DNA from: Synechocystis sp. PCC 6803 substr. PCC-P
Lineage (GTDB): Bacteria > Cyanobacteriota > Cyanobacteriia > Cyanobacteriales > Microcystaceae
Reading direction: 5' to 3'
Assembly (NCBI RefSeq): GCF_000284455.1
Contig: NC_017039.1
Span: 1,530,001 to 1,562,000, forward strand
Length of the DNA stretch: 32,000 bases
Shown here: piece after piece, positions 29,415 to 32,000 of the stretch
Numbering within the stretch: position 1 is the stretch's first letter
Layout of the letters: the number at the start of each line of letters is the position of its first letter
Position numbers and translations under genes: made by a program
The notes under the pieces: model-generated
Seen by the model: only the letters and a program-made list of their open reading frames with translations
Databases searched by the model: none
What the model was told of the DNA's origin: nothing

Positions 29415-30452
29415 GTGGACAGCACCCTCGGTTTAGAAATTATTGAAGTCGTAGAACAAGCGGCGATCGCCTCGGCAAAATGGATGGGCAAAGGTGAAAA
29501 AAACACCGCTGACCAAGTAGCCGTAGAAGCCATGCGGGAACGGATGAATAAAATCCACATGCGGGGCCGCATCGTCATTGGCGAGGGGGAAAGGGATGAT
29601 GCACCCATGCTCTACATCGGCGAAGAAGTAGGCATTTGCACCAGAGAAGATGCCAAATCCTTCTGCAATCCCGACGAATTGGTAGAAATTGACATTGCTG
29701 TTGACCCCTGTGAAGGTACCAACCTAGTAGCCTATGGTCAAAACGGTTCCATGGCCGTGTTGGCAATTTCTGAAAAAGGTGGTTTGTTTGCCGCTCCCGA
29801 CTTCTACATGAAAAAACTGGCGGCTCCCCCAGCGGCCAAAGGTCATGTGGACATCGACAAATCGGCCACCGAAAACCTGAAAATCCTCTCCGATTGCCTC
29901 AACCGCAGCATTGAAGAATTGGTGGTAGTGGTCATGGATCGTCCCCGCCACAAAGAATTGATCCAAGAAATCCGCAATGCCGGTGCTCGGGTACGTCTAA
30001 TCAGTGATGGAGACGTTTCCGCCGCCATTTCCTGTGCTTTTTCCGGCACCAACATCCACGCTCTGATGGGCATCGGGGCTGCTCCTGAAGGGGTAATTTC
30101 CGCTGCTGCCATGCGCTGTCTGGGGGGTCACTTCCAAGGTCAGTTAATCTACGATCCCGAAGTGGTTAAAACCGGCCTAATCGGTGAAAGTCGGGAAGGC
30201 AACCTAGAGCGTCTCGCTTCCATGGGCATCAAAAATCCTGACCAGGTTTATAACTGCGAAGAATTGGCCTGTGGCGAAACCGTATTATTTGCCGCCTGTG
30301 GTATCACCCCTGGCACTTTGATGGAAGGAGTCCGCTTCTTCCATGGTGGGGTACGGACCCAAAGCTTGGTTATTTCTAGCCAGTCCAGCACCGCCCGCTT
30401 TGTAGACACTGTCCATATGAAGGAAAGCCCCAAAGTAATCCAACTGCATTAA
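29415..30452 (+). CDS. glpX: class II (GlpX-type) fructose-1,6-/sedoheptulose-1,7-bisphosphatase
   Basis: 345 aa. The GlpX-family metal-binding region is AVDPCEGTN. The sequence matches the cyanobacterial dual-function F/SBPase architecture. Confidence 0.92.
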   Translation: MDSTLGLEIIEVVEQAAIASAKWMGKGEKNTADQVAVEAMRERMNKIHMRGRIVIGEGERDDAPMLYIGEEVGICTREDAKSFCNPDELVEIDIAVDPCEGTNLVAYGQNGSMAVLAISEKGGLFAAPDFYMKKLAAPPAAKGHVDIDKSATENLKILSDCLNRSIEELVVVVMDRPRHKELIQEIRNAGARVRLISDGDVSAAISCAFSGTNIHALMGIGAAPEGVISAAAMRCLGGHFQGQLIYDPEVVKTGLIGESREGNLERLASMGIKNPDQVYNCEELACGETVLFAACGITPGTLMEGVRFFHGGVRTQSLVISSQSSTARFVDTVHMKESPKVIQLH

Positions 30453-30720
30453 TTTCCCTCTCGGCAACTATCCCCAGAAGGTTAAAACCTGGGGAAATAC
30501 ATCGCCGTTTCCCTTGTCCCCTGAAGTTCAGACTTTGGGGGACTTATGTTTTGGTTGGGTCATAGTAACTGGGGTTTGATTACCCGCTACTGATTATCCA
30601 TATCATTGGTATCGGGTAGGCGCTGATCACGTAACAAGGCTATCATTAAAATTACGGAGAGTTTCAAATAGATAATGATGTAGGATGATAGAGAATATTG
30701 GGTAATGAGCTTTTGGAAAA

Positions 30721-31146
30721 ATGTCTACACACTGTCACTGTCCTCAATGTGGTCATGGGAATGTCGTCAAAAATGGCTTTGTCAAGGATAAGCAACGATT
30801 CAAATGTAAGAGTTGCCAATATCAATTCACCAATCTCTCCAAAGAACGGGGTAAACCTCTCTGGATGAAACTAGAAGCGGTCTTACTGTATATGAGTGGT
30901 ATGTCAATGAATGCCACGGCGAAACTATTGGGAGTTTCTACTCAATCAGTGCTCAACTGGATTAGGGATTTTGGCGAAGCAAACTACGAGAAACCGGCTC
31001 CAGACTCAGCAATCGTAGTGGAATTAGACGAACTGTGGCATTTTCTTCAGGCAAAAAAAACAAGTTATGGCTCTGGAAGGCATATGACCGTGTTACTGGG
31101 AGACTCATCGACTGGGAACTGGGAAATCGTGATAGTCAAACCCTGA
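30721..31146 (+). CDS. insA: IS1-family InsA-like protein (zinc finger plus HTH)
   Basis: CHCPQCGHGNVVKNGFVKDKQRFKCKSCQYQF is a CxxC...CxxC zinc finger. It is followed by an HTH-like MSMNATAKLLGVSTQSVLNWIR. Confidence 0.85.
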   Translation: MSTHCHCPQCGHGNVVKNGFVKDKQRFKCKSCQYQFTNLSKERGKPLWMKLEAVLLYMSGMSMNATAKLLGVSTQSVLNWIRDFGEANYEKPAPDSAIVVELDELWHFLQAKKTSYGSGRHMTVLLGDSSTGNWEIVIVKP

Positions 31147-31451
31147 GTCGTTTGCTGGAGAGACTGGCAAAGTGGAAAGTGACAGTGTACTGCACCGATG
31201 ACTGGAGGCCCTATCAACAACTGCTGGATGAACATCCTGATGCGTTTCATGGGATTAGCAAAAGAGAAACAGTAGGAATTGAGAGCAAAAACTCAGATAA
31301 CCGTCATTGGTTTGCTAGATTTCATCGCCCCACGAAAGTTGTCTTCAGGTCACCCTACATGGTTGATATCACCATGGCAATATTTGCCGAATTTAGGGTC
31401 AATGGTAACATAGAACTACTACGCAACTGGCGCCTCTCATTACTTTCTTGA
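31035..31451 (+). CDS. insB: IS1-family InsB-like catalytic part (expressed as an InsAB fusion by -1 frameshift)
   Basis: The ORF in the -1 frame overlaps insA. The KKNKLWLWKAYDRVTGRLIDWELG...VYCTDDWRPYQQ pattern is typical of IS1 InsB. The A8 run at 31053-31060 lies in the overlap. Confidence 0.85.
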   Translation: MAFSSGKKNKLWLWKAYDRVTGRLIDWELGNRDSQTLSRLLERLAKWKVTVYCTDDWRPYQQLLDEHPDAFHGISKRETVGIESKNSDNRHWFARFHRPTKVVFRSPYMVDITMAIFAEFRVNGNIELLRNWRLSLLS

Positions 31452-31495
31452 AACTCTCAAAATTTCCAATTCTTAATCCTTGTAGGAGAAAATTG

Positions 31496-31870
31496 ATGTC
31501 AACTTTGTATGAAAAATTAGGTGGAACCACCGCTGTCGATCTAGCTGTGGACAAATTTTACGAGCGGGTGTTGCAGGATGACCGCATCAAACATTTTTTC
31601 GCCGACGTGGATATGGCTAAACAACGGGCCCACCAAAAAGCCTTTTTAACCTATGCCTTTGGCGGTACGGATAAATATGATGGTCGCTATATGCGGGAAG
31701 CCCACAAAGAGTTGGTGGAAAACCATGGTTTGAACGGTGAACACTTCGACGCAGTGGCGGAGGATTTGCTGGCAACCTTGAAGGAAATGGGTGTTCCCGA
31801 AGATTTAATTGCAGAAGTGGCCGCCGTGGCCGGGGCTCCAGCCCATAAACGGGACGTGCTTAATCAGTGA
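31496..31870 (+). CDS. glbN: group I truncated hemoglobin (cyanoglobin GlbN)
   Basis: The 124-aa MSTLYEKLGGTTAVDLAVDKFYERVLQDDRIKHFF...QRAHQKAFLTYAFGG...YMREAHKELV... is the trHbN fold signature. AGGAG at 31484-31488 lies 7 nt before the ATG. The longer track ORF (from 31448) starts inside the IS and is rejected. Confidence 0.93.
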   Translation: MSTLYEKLGGTTAVDLAVDKFYERVLQDDRIKHFFADVDMAKQRAHQKAFLTYAFGGTDKYDGRYMREAHKELVENHGLNGEHFDAVAEDLLATLKEMGVPEDLIAEVAAVAGAPAHKRDVLNQ

Positions 31871-32000
31871 AGTTGAGAATTTATTTTATGGAGGCGATCG
31901 TTGCATCCTAAAAATTTGCACCCTTTGCCCAAATTGCCAATGGCAGGCCAAAAACTCCCGACTTTATTTGATGCTCTCCTGACTGTTGAGCAGGATATGG

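Larger units (their letters stand above)
30657..31458 (+). mobile_element. IS1-family insertion sequence, 802 bp (ISY120-like)
   Basis: Terminal IRs: GAGAGTTTCAAATAGATAATGATG versus the reverse complement of 31435-31458 (11/11 at the tips, 18/24 overall). InsA/InsB gene organisation with an A8 slippery run. The flanking 9-mers AAAATTACG and AAAATTTCC match 7/9. Confidence 0.85.

Noticed and set aside
30471-30543. Two hairpins after the FBP/SBPase stop: TCCCCAG...CTGGGGA at 30471-30495 and GTCCCC...GGGGAC at 30516-30543.
   Set aside because: The first has no U-tract. The second has a 16-nt loop and only a weak T-rich tail. They are possible terminators but too weak to list as features.
31940-32000. 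A possible start of a plus-strand gene (ATG 31940, MAGQKLPTLFDALLTVEQDM...) running off the right edge.
   Set aside because: Only 20 codons are visible, which is too short to distinguish from chance.

Overview
The window looks like cyanobacterial chromosome. I counted 29 perfect copies of the HIP1 octamer GCGATCGC by eye. The gene set (katG, hslO, ccs1, ctaDII-ctaEII, shc, glbN, GlpX-type FBP/SBPase) plus IS630-, IS701- and IS1-type elements fits Synechocystis sp. PCC 6803 or a very close relative. That organism call rests on memory and inference, not on a search.

Left to right, the window contains:
- A minus-strand ABC importer operon (binding lipoprotein, fused permease, short ATPase), followed by a membrane-anchored 7-blade beta-propeller gene and an unknown gene.
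- A tiny membrane protein with an L7/L12 C-terminal-like segment.
- An M14 carboxypeptidase and a glutaminase.
- An AT-rich cassette made of a small ORF overlapping an HNH nuclease gene.
- tyrA, then an A2-type oxidase pair ctaD-ctaE with no subunit II gene.
- A Uma2 nuclease, then hslO and katG.
- ccs1, an acetolactate synthase with a zinc-ribbon tail, and shc.
- tRNA-Pro(UGG), followed directly by a decayed mobile-DNA patch: an ISY100-like IS630 element nested inside an IS701-type element, plus a gene remnant and a frameshifted Uma2 gene.
- A second ALS-like ThDP enzyme, txlA, a TPR protein and FBP/SBPase.
- An 802-bp IS1-family element sitting 37 nt upstream of glbN.

I see no CRISPR array, no rRNA and no large recognisable defence system. 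The most unusual items are the L7/L12-like membrane peptide, the overlapping small-ORF/HNH cassette, the precisely reconstructable nested IS decay, the IS1 insertion that displaces the glbN promoter, and a repeated GC-rich motif around the txlA terminator.
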